Of a stretch of DNA of 64,000 bases, positions 37,447 to 50,229 are shown piece by piece. A program made the position numbers and the translations under genes. The stretch is from Hamiltosporidium tvaerminnensis FI-OER-3-3 (Eukaryota > Fungi > Microsporidia). The stretch's first letter is position 1, and each line of letters opens with the position of its first letter. The stretch covers positions 930,001 through 994,000 of the forward strand of contig JAKIMF020000004.1 of the NCBI GenBank assembly GCA_022605425.2. Direction: 5' to 3'. The notes under the pieces were generated by a model, which saw only the letters and a program-made list of their open reading frames with translations, searched no databases and was not told the origin of the DNA.

Positions 37447-39670
37447 TGTTATGGCAGATTTAAATATTTGAGCCTCATTATTTTTGACCGGGCATTATAT
37501 ATAATGCCCAATAAAATTGGGTAATTTGACAATTTTTTTTCTAATTATTGTATAACATGCAAAAATAAGAAAAAATATTATTAAAATAAAGAATTTCGCG
37601 ATAAAAGCACATATAACAAGAAGAACATGTACATTTATAAAATATGTGCATTCACAAGCGTTCTTATATATTAGAGCAGCCTACATTTTGGTGACATTTC
37701 AAGTTACAAAGCCCCTTTTTTTATGAAACTTGCTTTTGTTCGATATGCATCGAAGTTTGCAGCCGCGTGATTATAATCCTAGACTTAGGTCTTGGATGAC
37801 ATTCTGGCACATTCCTTTAGTAAATCTCGGATCTAGAGATTTATTCTGCAGAAATAAACTTTTTATTGTATATTTTAAATTAGTTTCTCGGATAAAATTG
37901 ATTTAAACCCCCATGTTTCATGCCTAATTTATGGAAATTAGCATCTGTTGTCACAAGAAGAAATGCCAGAATGTTTCTTCTATCGGCGCGACTTCTGTCA
38001 ACATTTTTGACTCGAACTCTTATAGTTTTTCTTTTATTGACAAACTAATGTTTTGAATTGGAGTATCAAAGCATTTTCGGCTTGTTTTTTTAGATTGCTT
38101 ATTGAATTCTCTCTGTTTTTTTAATATGTCCGATACTATTTTTTTCAAATCGAAATTCTCTAGAACATCATAATCTTCATTCTATCTTTTTTCTTTTTCA
38201 CTGGCCGAAAGATCAAATAGCGCTGAAATGTTTATCTTTCTTTCTATTCAAGGAAAATCAGAATTTGGTTATAATAAGGAAGTTAAAGTCGGAACATATT
38301 ATCAAACGAATACGCATTCTCTATATTATTCGAATCTTTGTTAAATCGGTTACCTCATTCAATGGTGTAGCCTCTTCTGCATATTGTAAATTTTCTTAAT
38401 CTTTTAATATTGTTTCTAAGTCTTTTACAATTTATATAAGGCAAAACGTCTATAGGTAGAAACTTTTACGAAATTTTTTTAACATTTTTTCATTCATTGC
38501 TTCACATGCGTTTTTTCTTGTGGCCCCTATGATAAGACAAGGTTTTAATAATATAAACAAAAAGTAACCCTTCTGACCATTTTTGTGTTATCATAATCAA
38601 ACCATAATGAAAGCATATTCTCAACAATCGATTCGCACGTTCCACGGAAAACTGACTCTGAGAGTGTCTAGGTATTCTATGCACCATCTTTGACTTTGGC
38701 CAAATAGTGCATAGTTATTTAGTTTATTGTTTACTGTTTTCCTGCCATTATCACTTTGCAAAATAGTAAGAATATTTATGAGCAAATAAGCTAATTTTTC
38801 AGCTCTTTTGTGTTTTACAAGTCGAACCTGCATTAATTAGGTGTAATGCTCTTGACATACAAGTATGAATTTCTTTGGATCATAAGATCGAGACCATGTT
38901 GATTTTTCCATGGGAAATCTCGAATTTATGTTGTTAATTAGTATATGTTTTAGAATAATCCTTTTTTTTACATTGTGTTTTTTTCGTCCGGCATTCATAA
39001 ATTAGATAGGCTACTATCATTTCTATTCTGATGTTTTTATACTGTGAATTTAGCTATTAATCCATATGGTTTCTACAATGTGCCAAATCAAAAAATGTGT
39101 ATCATGTAAAATATGAAATATAAATTCCTGATGTACATAAAAATCAATCTGCTTTTTACCTTACTTCAAAAGAATAATCAACCATTCCTTCTCTAAATAT
39201 ATAATAAGTCAAACATGCGTAAACGCTAATGATCCTCTGAGTTTTTTTATCATAATAACTTGCTTTTGGATGCTTTAACATTTCTATTAACTTCAAGTAT
39301 AGCTTTATGTGAGAATTTGTGTATTTTTACATTTGTATAAGCACACTCTATTTGACTTTTCCTAAACGAAGCTTAATATAACTTAGATCCGTTAAATTGT
39401 TTTGTGTATTTGATTTTTTAGAAAAACAATTTTAACTAAATAAAGAAAGACTGGAAAAAATATTCAACTTGTTAAAGTGCCAGATGTTACAAGCGACATA
39501 TCTAAAACAATTGTTGGCAGTACTAGCGGCAATCATATCAGATGCACATTGCTAAATTGCTTTCATTTTTCAAAGTAACTTGAGAAATTGTAGCTGTATT
39601 TATTTTTACTTAGACCCGTAGAAATTATTTTAGATTATCAAAAATTTTCTTAAATTGCCCAATTACTTTC
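37447..39670 (-). mobile_element. Decayed KRBA2/SCAND3-like (Ginger2-type) integrase transposon
   Basis: Fragments ILQSDNGR, HRIPRHSQSQFSVERAN and KWSEGLLFV..IKT..YHRG match the KRBA2-like rve core. Subterminal inverted motifs AATTGGGTAATTT (~37515) and AAATTGCCCAATT (~39652); the left end starts TGTTATG. Boundaries are approximate. Confidence 0.75.
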
Positions 39671-40231
39671 ATCGATCTTAACTTATAAAGTTAAAATTAA
39701 AAAACAGAGTATATTTATTCTCAGAATTTTTCCTTTTAATTTTAAAAATCTTAGTTTATGAATATCTTTAAATAATAAAAACAAGAAATTTTAAAGCATA
39801 TTTAAATATATTCGAGTGATGCATTCGAAGCTAATAAATATATTCGAAAGAAGACTAGATTCGATTCAAAGATTCAAGTAACTCTGTTGAAAGATTATCT
39901 TCGTTTATTATGATATATCATATATGGCAGGCCAACTAAGCAAAATAACATAATAGATTATAGCATAAATAAATTAAATGAACATAGATGTACCAATACT
40001 ACTAAAATTACAGCTATAAAATTTATTTGGTATTCCGAAATTACAGTCTAAAAGACAGAATGGAAAACTTAGGATATATATGATGCCATTAAGAATTAAC
40101 AAAATACTAGGAACTTAAAAAGAACCTTAGACGTGGATCGGACTACATATTAAATAGAAATACTGACAAATCAAAAGTTCTAATTTTTTAAAATCAATAT
40201 TTAGAAGAATTTAACGCGGCAATAATTGAAA

Positions 40232-40958
40232 ATTTTTTTTTATTTAAAAATATCATATCTGTATAAAAAAAGTGGCAAGTGTAATATTGTTTTCATGACA
40301 TCAACACAGTTCTAGGTTTATCATAAATAACAGCACTCCACAATCATTGGGACCTCTCGGAGACCTAAATCCTAAGGCCCCTCATCAAACAGGTGTGTAG
40401 AACTTAACTAACAAGGGATCCAGTTACCCTAATACATCGGTGTTCGTTGCATGGAGTAGGATCACAGGTAAAAACCTTCTATGTGTCCATAAGACTATGT
40501 AGCATTTCAACTTACTCCACCTTTTCAAACCTCATAAACTTCAAGTTAATATATATATATATATATATATGCGACTTACAAGGCTCTTTCTAAACAGTAC
40601 GAAGAAATGGCAACATATATAAGCGTTTACTGGATTTTCTAGGATTTAAAAGTTTTTATTTTTTCTCAGGCGCAAAGTCTTCAAACCCTAGCGAGTAAGG
40701 CTAGGTTTCCATGCTTTTAAATAGGAATTATATATAAGTTCAACTGCGGTATTCGATCTAGTAGCATAAAAAAAATAAAATAAATTTTAGAAAAAGTTCC
40801 GCTATTCATAGACCTTCTCCTTCTCATACAAATTCTATAGATGACGGGAAATCTATTGTAGTTTTATTCCCACCAAAAATCCAAACAATGATCTTCATGC
40901 CAATTTCACAGAATCATTGCCGAAAAGATGATTTTTTATGTGGTTATCTTCCCTCTAC
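40232..40958 (-). mobile_element. ~740-nt retroposon family, diverged subfamily copy with internal (TA)n
   Basis: Colinear with 13257-13985 and very similar to 63165-63888, as part of an inverted duplication. Confidence 0.85.
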
Positions 40959-40969
40959 AATTATTGGCC

Positions 40970-43900
40970 TCATAAAATTTAATTAATCAAATTTAAAATA
41001 AAGTATGAAATTTATTTCTACAAAAGTTGCTTTCTACATTATAAACATTTATAAACTTAAAATTAAACTTTGTGTAGAATCAGTTCTATTTCCAAATTTT
41101 GTACCAATTTATTAAGAGAATAAGTAATTTGAATCTAGAACAATACAATTCACAACCAATTTCATTAAAAGACATTGTTTTAATTGATATCACCTTCCAT
41201 AAATAGATCTAAGAATATCATAGAATAGTCTGAATAAACAAATTTTCCTAATCCGGAAACAAATTTGTTCAAAAAAAAGTATTTATAGAGCGAAAAAACC
41301 CAGAAATTATGAAAAATTCAGAAGCAATATTCTTCTTCAGAAATAGCGGAATAGGGGAATGGAAACGATGCTTATTAGATAGGTCTGTGCATCGGTATAA
41401 AAAATATTATAAAGAAATAAAAGATAAATGTGGGGAGGGGGTTTATTTTTAATGAAAACTCATTTGAACCGAAGTAAGAGAAGAAAATGAAAATAGGATA
41501 TCTGTGCAGAACAACAGAAATTATGTTTTCTATTCGAAGTAGAAATGAAAATAGAGTCATGGTGTGAAATCGAAGGATTCGGTCTTATGGTTAAGATAGA
41601 ATTTATCTTACGAACCGAATAGACATTGTGCTCAAATAAGTGTTTTTTATTGTGCACTGTCAGAAATAGAAAAAAAATGTAATGTAGGAAATAAAATTCG
41701 AAAAATATAGAAACAAAATTCATAAAGTTAGAACTTATGATGTTTTTAAACTATAGAAAAAAAAACTTCAAAAGAAGAATTTCGAAACAAAAATCAACCC
41801 CCCTCCCCGCCAAAGAAATCTTGATCACAAATATCAAAGAAAAATGAAATTTCTTGTCATATACGAAATTTATGATTCAAAATAAAAAAGAATAAGACTT
41901 TAAGCGAAAGATAAATATATTGATAACTAATGAAGCCGAAATTTTACCAAATAAACGAAACAAATAAAAATGAAAATTTGTAAAGACTTTGATAGATAAA
42001 TTTGTATGTTGTATCTGGAATGAATATATTAAAACAAAAAAGAATTTCAAAATATGCCTTACAATAGATAAAAGGATTATAGTCAGCTATAAAATATAAT
42101 AAAATTGTACATAATGCTTAATCTATAAGAAATCTGTCGAATGGTGTGCAAAAGAACAAATCTAAGAAAAATGATACCTTTTAAACTTTATTTTAATACG
42201 AAAATACCAAGATTACGCAATACATTTGAAAGATTTAGATTATTATACTAGTAACCTCTGCATTCTCTAAAATAAACCTAGAACAAATATAACTTTGTGA
42301 AATTTATAAATCCATAATAAATGTATAAGCAACAAAGAGATGATATAATGGACATAATACAAAATACTAAGCATATATACAACTATAAATTTTACTAATG
42401 ATGACTTATAAGGATGCCTAGAAAATACGAAGACGCTTTCACACTAATTTGTTATATTAAGCTATGTTTTTATCTTGACTTATACTTCTATTCCCCGAAA
42501 ATTGAACCAGTTCTGAATTACTATTTATATCTAAAAGCACCAATAATTTCATACTTCTTTTACCAATGACTCGTTGTACTTTGAAAATTATTTCAATAAA
42601 TATATTTTTTATAAGAATTTTTCCTTTACTTTTATTTCTATTTATAGTTTCTTAGTAAACTTTTCACCTTTTCAAAAAAATGACAAATTTATAAAAAAAT
42701 TGTTTCTAAGTTTTGTATCAAATGAATCAAAATTATATTCAATTTAAAAGCTTTAAAAAAGTGAAAGTAAGAATAAGCGCAACATATCTCTAATAACACA
42801 TTCAGAAATCTTTATTTATGTGTTTTATAAGACATGAGATGTTTGATCAATCAAAAATCAATATTTGATTTAAATTTAAGAAAATAGCTATTTTTTCAAT
42901 ATCAAATATATTATATGTTTTTGCATAAAATACTCTTTATATTTGATAAATCGATTCAGAATATTAGTTCTTATAAAATAGAAAATGATTTTTTTAAAGA
43001 AAAACAAAGAACGAATACAAACATATGGTTAAACTTTAAAAGTATTTATAGTTGTATTCACATAATAGGTATATTAGCAAAAACAAATACATAAATTGGC
43101 GTCATGAAATCAATTTTTATGTTAAACTTGACTGCTCACAAAATAAATTTAGATTCATTCTTATTTATACTTAGATTCTATTTATTTAATATGTCTAAAA
43201 TATGTTTAAATTTAAGAAACTGCGGACAAATTTGATAAAATTAGGAAAGAAATACTTTCCAGAGAGTCATAATTCAATAATAATCGTATACCATTTCCAG
43301 AATTGTAAATAGAAATATTAAAAACCATTATCTGATCTCTTCCTATTGATTTCAAATTTTTTTTATTCAAATTTTCTCAGGTTTTTCTGGTGCTTATTAT
43401 TTCAAAGCTGTAACCAAATATAAAATATAGTAAAAATTAGGTCATTTAACCGCAAAATATTATAGAAAATTATTTCATAGGCTTGAATATATAAGGTGTT
43501 ATAGTTATCGAAAAAAATTTATGTATACTTCAAAAATTTGTTTTAACACAAATACTCTATGATTCATATAAACTCCGAAGCTATTTTACATATATTCAAA
43601 GATTATAGCTAAAATTAATATTGTGAGAAATAAATACAGATTTAATCTATCTTTAAATTTACACTTGTTTTAAAATATTTTCACATATTCATCTGAGATC
43701 ATATCGAAAATCAAAAAAAATCTTTAATTTTACAAAAGTATTTTCAATGAACTCATAGTCATATCATATAAAAATTTTTAGATAAAACAAGCGCTTAGTT
43801 TTTTTACAAATCTATTTTTATCGTTGAAAATTGTAGTTCAAATTATTTATAAACTTATTGCATTTGATTAAAATTTAAATATAAACAATTTAAATAACTA

Positions 43901-44330
43901 TTTTTCTTGAGCAATTTTAGATCTATATCTGTAAAAGTAAAATTTTGTTGTTACATTACAATTCACGAGTTTTAGTTTTAAATTTAATTTTCTTTTATAA
44001 TATAATGAAATAAAAGTTTAATACAATTATTTTAATGCCAATTTATAAACGATTCGGTTTTTCATGTTCTATAGCTGGATGAAGGAAAAAAACGAAACTA
44101 TAAGAAATTTCATTCTATCAAACAAATCGGCAAAAATAATACAACACATGAAAACATTGAATTATATTTATAAAAAATACAGCGAAAATTCTAATAATAT
44201 GAAAAATATTGCCTAATATAGGTTATTTATAACAATACGTACAAATAATTACATCCTTTTTTAAAATTCCTAGATTAATATTAAACAAAAGATTTTAAAA
44301 CAAACAAAAAGAAATATAAATCAAATTCAA
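40970..44330 (+). repeat. ~3.35-kb segmental duplication, copy 1 (probably holds a decayed multigene-family member)
   Basis: Highly similar and colinear with 50230-53593; only short ORF remnants remain. Confidence 0.9.
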
Positions 44331-47300
44331 TACTAAATAAAGAAAAATTCTAAATTATTTTTTAAAATCATATTTTAGTATAAAACGAACTAATGAAGAT
44401 TATTTTCAATATATTTATGAACCATAAAAATTATCACTGTATAATATTTATACTATAAAATATTTTTTCTATTATATTTATTTAAATTCTAAAATTTTTT
44501 ATTTAAAAAATCAGAGCAATAACACATTATTGCTTAATTTAATTGTAAAAATGTTAAAAGAAACTTATTTTTAAGTAGTTCGGTGTTAAAGTTTTAAATC
44601 AAAATTTGTTATGTAGATTATGTTTTGTCTTAGGTAAAAAGAGGTGTATATTATGATAAAAAAGCAAAAAACAGTTCTGTACAATTTGAAAGAAAAAATA
44701 GGGATAGATCTCTACTTGTTAACAATCCTATTCAATATATGGAAAATTTTTCATATTATCTAGAAGCAGCAAATAATGAACTTTCATCAAAAATAGCTAT
44801 TTTAGCTGTCAATTATTATTCACAATTTTAAATTATTTCCAATATGTTTAAGATTCTTAAACTTATAATAAAGCATCTAATCTGATGCAAAAAATCTTCG
44901 ATTTATATATTTCATAGCAAAATAACTTAAGCTTGGTTTTTGTAAAAGTTTATATAGGAATCATAGAAATATAGATTTTAATCAGTAGTTTTACAAATAA
45001 TATTGAGTTGTAATATGTTCAAATATTAATAAAGGGTTAAAATGTTGATATATAATTGCTTTAGAACTTATGCATCTATGAAAAAATTATATAAGACAAA
45101 GTTAAAAAAATTGATATTTCAAAGAGAAATTTTTTTTCATCTTCATTGTAAAATCTTGAGTCTTTTTTTCAAGTACAAAAAAATTAAGACAGGAATTTTA
45201 AACCAAATTCGGATAGATTGGAGTTAAGATTGACTTGAAAGCAAGAAAGAATTAAGAAGAAGACTGGTTTGTGGGTATAAAGTTTATTTTTCTATAATAT
45301 TAAATTATATACTTTAATTATAATCTATGATTTAATCTTAATACAGGTAGGCAAAGAAGTATAATTAGAGATTTAATACATATAAATCAAAAAAATAAAT
45401 AAAAGCTTACTATATCAAAATTACAGTTTATATTTAAATACTGGCATATAAATATATCACGGTATTGAAACCGATGTGAAAAATTTACAACGTAATAAAT
45501 TAAAATATAAAATAAACTTATTACGCATTTTAAATACATTTTGGATCTGCTACGAGAATGGAAATAATTAATGAATTTTTTTTTTCTTGAGGGTATAAAT
45601 CGTAAAAATTTATTTTAACAGAGTTTAGATTGCAATAATCCACAAAAATATAGTTTAATTGGATTTATAGTTTTGCTCCTGATATAACTTGAGATTATTC
45701 ACCAGTCAACTCTGATTTTTAGAAATTTATAGGATTTACATGTTTATAAACTATATAAGATTTGCGAATTATATTATTTTGTCCTGTGAAAAAACATAAG
45801 AATTTTTAGACATTTTTATTTATTGAAACAAGCGGAGCTATATTTGTTTATATTTTAAATGGTTTAAACAATTTTTATTTCAAAAATGTGTTTATAAAGT
45901 ACTATGCCTTTTTAAAATATGACATATATCAGTAAATTTTATTAAAAAGGCATATTTATTTATGTGATTGATATTAATAGGCTAACATAATTTTTTATTA
46001 ACCTTTTTAAGATTAAAATATTGTCGCAAAGTTGTAAAAATATATTAGATTGAAATTTATTATAAAATAAACATGTTTTATTCACAGGAACAATACATTA
46101 GAAGAAATTATGTATAAATTTTTTTAAGTATTAAAATATTGTATATTAATTGCATATCATTGTAATTTTCCAAACGTTAGTTTTATAGAGTAAATAAATT
46201 TATAGTAAATCATAAAATTTAATTGAATTTTTTTCGAAACATATGTGAAATATTTTCCGAAAGGTCTCTCTATATCAAATTTGTGTTAGTTAATTAGTTG
46301 CGGCCTAAAATACTTTTGACAAATCCATAATTATGATAAAATATTTTCTAACCCATCTATCAAACGTGTATTGCAGGCATATATACTTTAAAAACATAAT
46401 TTATATCTATTTGAAATTCAAAAGATTTATTTTCAATCAAGTATAAATCGAGTATCAAATTAACCAATAGATAATTCTTAGGAACTAAAATGTACTTATT
46501 TTTATTTTTTAAATATTTTGGAGTAAAACAATTATATATTTAAATAATACATGAAACCTTACGAAAAAGACACTTCGCAGAAATATATATAAAATCATCT
46601 TTATTTTATTGTAATCTTTATAATATTTTATATTGAACGAATTAAATTACTAAACATAAAGCAGATTAAACCATGTCTCGCAGAATAAAAATTTAAAGTG
46701 CGTGTTTGTTAGAAAAACGTACAAAGAGCAAAAAAAATCCGAAAAAAACTTTCAATTGCAAAAGAAAGTAAAAAAACAGAAATAAATACGTAAAACAACC
46801 ATATAACATGTATTTAAAGTTATTTAGATAATTTTTAGCTTATCCTGATTTTTCAAAAGTAATATAGATTTTTAGTAAAAAAGCTCATTAATTTTACAGG
46901 GTAAAATATTTTTCGATTTGCATGAGACTATATTGATCCAGTCGTTTTTGGGGTATACCACGATCCAATTCAAAATACGCCAATAACATATTGCTTAAAA
47001 TCACTTTGACACGAAAGTAAGGCATTGGTTTTTTAAAATGTGATATATTGTTAGTACGTGATATAAATCTCTGGTATTGTTATAATCTGCTCAAAGTTTC
47101 GCTTCATATAACATTATAAGAGTTTCCTATTAGAAAAAAATTATTTTTGTAACAAAACGAATTGACTTGAAGATATGGACGAAATTGATTAAGATATATG
47201 TTATGTTATGTTAATGGTATAAGTTATTACCTTAAATTTTGTTGCAAAGTTCAAATTTAAACTCTCGATGATGAATTTCATATTAAGCTTTTATATGAAT

Positions 47301-49365
47301 ATTTTTAGCGCAAATACTGCATTCTATTAAAACTGCTCAGCTTTCATATCGAATTTGATTCTTTTGTAATTTTTGGCACTTATGGTTCAATTTAGAGTAT
47401 ACTTTTGAATTCTCATTCAAAAGCAAGAAAAAAACGCAATTTAAATTCAAAAAATCATTTTTCGCTATTAAAGCCGCCATGTATTTAATTATATCTTATC
47501 TTTATCATCGAAATTTATTAATAAAATATTATGCGACATAATAAAACAATCATAAAATATTTCAAATGGTAGATTATAAAATAAATTTATGCTTCAAAAA
47601 TACAAAAATCACGAATAATTGAAATTAAAGAATTTTTAATCTATGGATATTTTTTGAAAAATTAATGTAAGTAAAAGCTACAAGAGTGTATGCTTTTTCT
47701 CGGAATGGGTTAAAAAGGAAATGCTTCTTAATTAAGGTTAATTACAGCTTATGTATTTTTAATGTTATAATAATCGGATTGAATAGACAGGATTTCTTTT
47801 AATGGCAATAGACGCAATTAATTAATGTATAAATATCATGGGAAATATATAGATGTTCATCATAAATAAATTGGGTTTTATGGTAAACATTTTAAAGTGT
47901 GTTTAATATTTCCTGAAAATTAAAATACCGATATGACAGAATTATAAAGTTACTCTGATATTTTGTAGTGATCTTAACGAATCTGTGTATTTTATTTTGA
48001 GTGTAAAATAAACAGAGATGATGAATTCGGCAAAAAATAAGGAATATCATGATCAAAATAATTCATAATTTAGAGCTTAAAATCTGATTATGATAACTTT
48101 TATGTTTTGAGCTTTTTTTCCCAACAAATCTAGTAAAAACATTTTAAATTACTTCTTATCATTTTTTAATAAACCATTAATAACTGAACGAGATAAATTC
48201 TTGAATCTCTTAGGTCTTTGTAGATATAAATACAAAAATATGTTTATTTTTTTCTTTTACAAAATTTTAAAACACTTTTTCTTTGTGCATGTCGTTTAAT
48301 TTTTCAAAGCGTTCGAGGAAGATACAAGAGAAGTCTCGCTTTATTTAAATATCTTGAATTTTTGTTCTAAGATTATGCAACTTAATTCATATATGTTAAA
48401 ATTAATAAATTTTTCCTCGACAATGGCACCCAGCCTTCATTATATAATCGAAGTCTTTATGTGCAAAAAATATCGCAATAAAACTTAATTTATATTCCTA
48501 CTCATATTTTTCAAATTTTTAAATGCATTGAAACCAAAATTACTCAGATTTTTAATATGCATTCAATGATGTTTAAATACATTAATTCTTTTGTATTGCT
48601 CATTTTGAGATTTGCTGGTTTGATATTCGCGAACTAACAAATAAAGTAATTCCGCTGAATTCGCATTTTTTTTGAATACTTAACACTATTAAATGCCGAC
48701 TTATGTCTATACATTAAAACATAAAAACAAAAAGATTAGAAATTTATAAAAATACGTACTAATTTCGATATTAAGTTTTAAAAAGTAGAAATCTTTCAAG
48801 GGCTAATATTCACTTAAATCTCACACTTCATTGCAGATCTTTATCGAAAAAATGGTTTACATCTACAACTGCATAGAGATCTTATAGAGATATATTTTTT
48901 TCTTTAAATAATATCGAAATCATATTTCATTGATATTGTCATTTTATATTATATTCATAACTTAGTTTTTTGTATAGTTATTATTTTTTGCCTTGGCTAT
49001 TATTATATATAAGTATACCACTTTAGTTTAATTTAAATTATTGAAATGCAAAGAATTTAAAACTATTTATTCTTAGATTACTTGCAGATATTTGAATATA
49101 GGGTTACATAGGTAAATCGATTTTGCGTGTTTCTTTCAGAAGAGCCTTACAGATTCTATTTTTTTTTGAGAACTGTGAAATCTAATTTTTAAAATATTTT
49201 TCAAAGGATAGGTATATATTTTTTTAATTTTTCTAGATAAAACACGAAGCAAGAATTTAAAATATGTTAGCAATTTAAATTCTAAACAATGTTTTGATTT
49301 AACTTATAACAAAGTAAAATTATTAATTAGATAAAGAAAAATTAGGTCAAATATAGTTTTGCCTC

Positions 49366-49583
49366 GCGCTAATGGTCGAGTGGTTAGGATATCGGAATTT
49401 GCTTCCAAAGGCCGGTTTGATCTCCGGTTGGTGCACTCTTTATCTTTCGTTCAGAAATTTTTACGTGTGGCCGATAACCTAACCTATCAGAATAAAAATT
49501 TCTTTGACCACCTATAACTTTGTCAAGCTATAATTCATCGTTGGATTGTGTTCCATTCGTAGAGAAAAAGCGAGCTATTAAAT
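49366..49583 (+). mobile_element. tRNA-headed SINE candidate (pseudo-tRNA 49366-49435 plus ~150-nt body)
   Basis: Acceptor stem GCGCTAA/TTGGTGC-A, A-box TGGTCGAGTGG, degenerate B-box GGTTTGATCTCC. Imperfect direct repeats AATATAGTTTTGCCT (49350-49364) / AATATTATTTTTTGCCT (49584-49600). Confidence 0.55.
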
Positions 49584-50229
49584 AATATTATTTTTTGCCT
49601 GAAAATCTCTACACTTATTTACTTGAACAATTATTTACATGTGTTTAGATCCATCTTACTCAACATTATTCCAAATTCATGATGTAGTGAAATACTTCCT
49701 TAAGGGAACTTCTATTTTCTTTTACACAACAAGTTATTCCGAATGAAATAACAAAAGATAAAAATGTATCTTTCGAAAGTAGATATTATATCATGATTGC
49801 GAAATTATTCACATTTGCTATTTGCCACGAAATTTTCTTGATATTAAAACAAACACTGCATAAATTGCGAATGAATGGTATAATTACTAAAAAAATATCA
49901 TTCTTTTGTTTAAATATGAAAAAACAATCTCTTTCATGATATTACTTAGAACCAAGATAAATAATAAAGTGATAACTCGATAAAATAGTGTTTAAAACAG
50001 GAAATTTAAATATCTCTTAGACAAATATTAAGATCTTGCAATTTTTTTTTAAAAAAAAGCACATATCTAAAATGACTTACTTATATTCATACATCTTTAG
50101 TTAAAACAAATCTATGTATAAAATTTTAATTAGAAGAAATGAAGCATTCTAAATATTTTTTTATTGTTTATACATTTACTATTCCACAATGGAAATTAAA
50201 TCAAAAAAATATAATTAACCTTATATCAG

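Noticed and set aside
41460-41723. Three-copy MNFVSIFFEF ORF as a gene family (also 50724, 62397)
   Set aside because: Conservation is explained by recent duplication, the third copy is truncated, and the composition is typical of antisense A-rich DNA.
46935-47030. Minus-strand FELDRGIPQ resembling RT motif B
   Set aside because: A single short motif with no neighbouring RT motifs recognised.
49366-49435. Functional tRNA gene
   Set aside because: The T-loop reads TTTGATC rather than TTCGA, and the anticodon and variable arms are defective, so it is treated as a SINE head or pseudogene.
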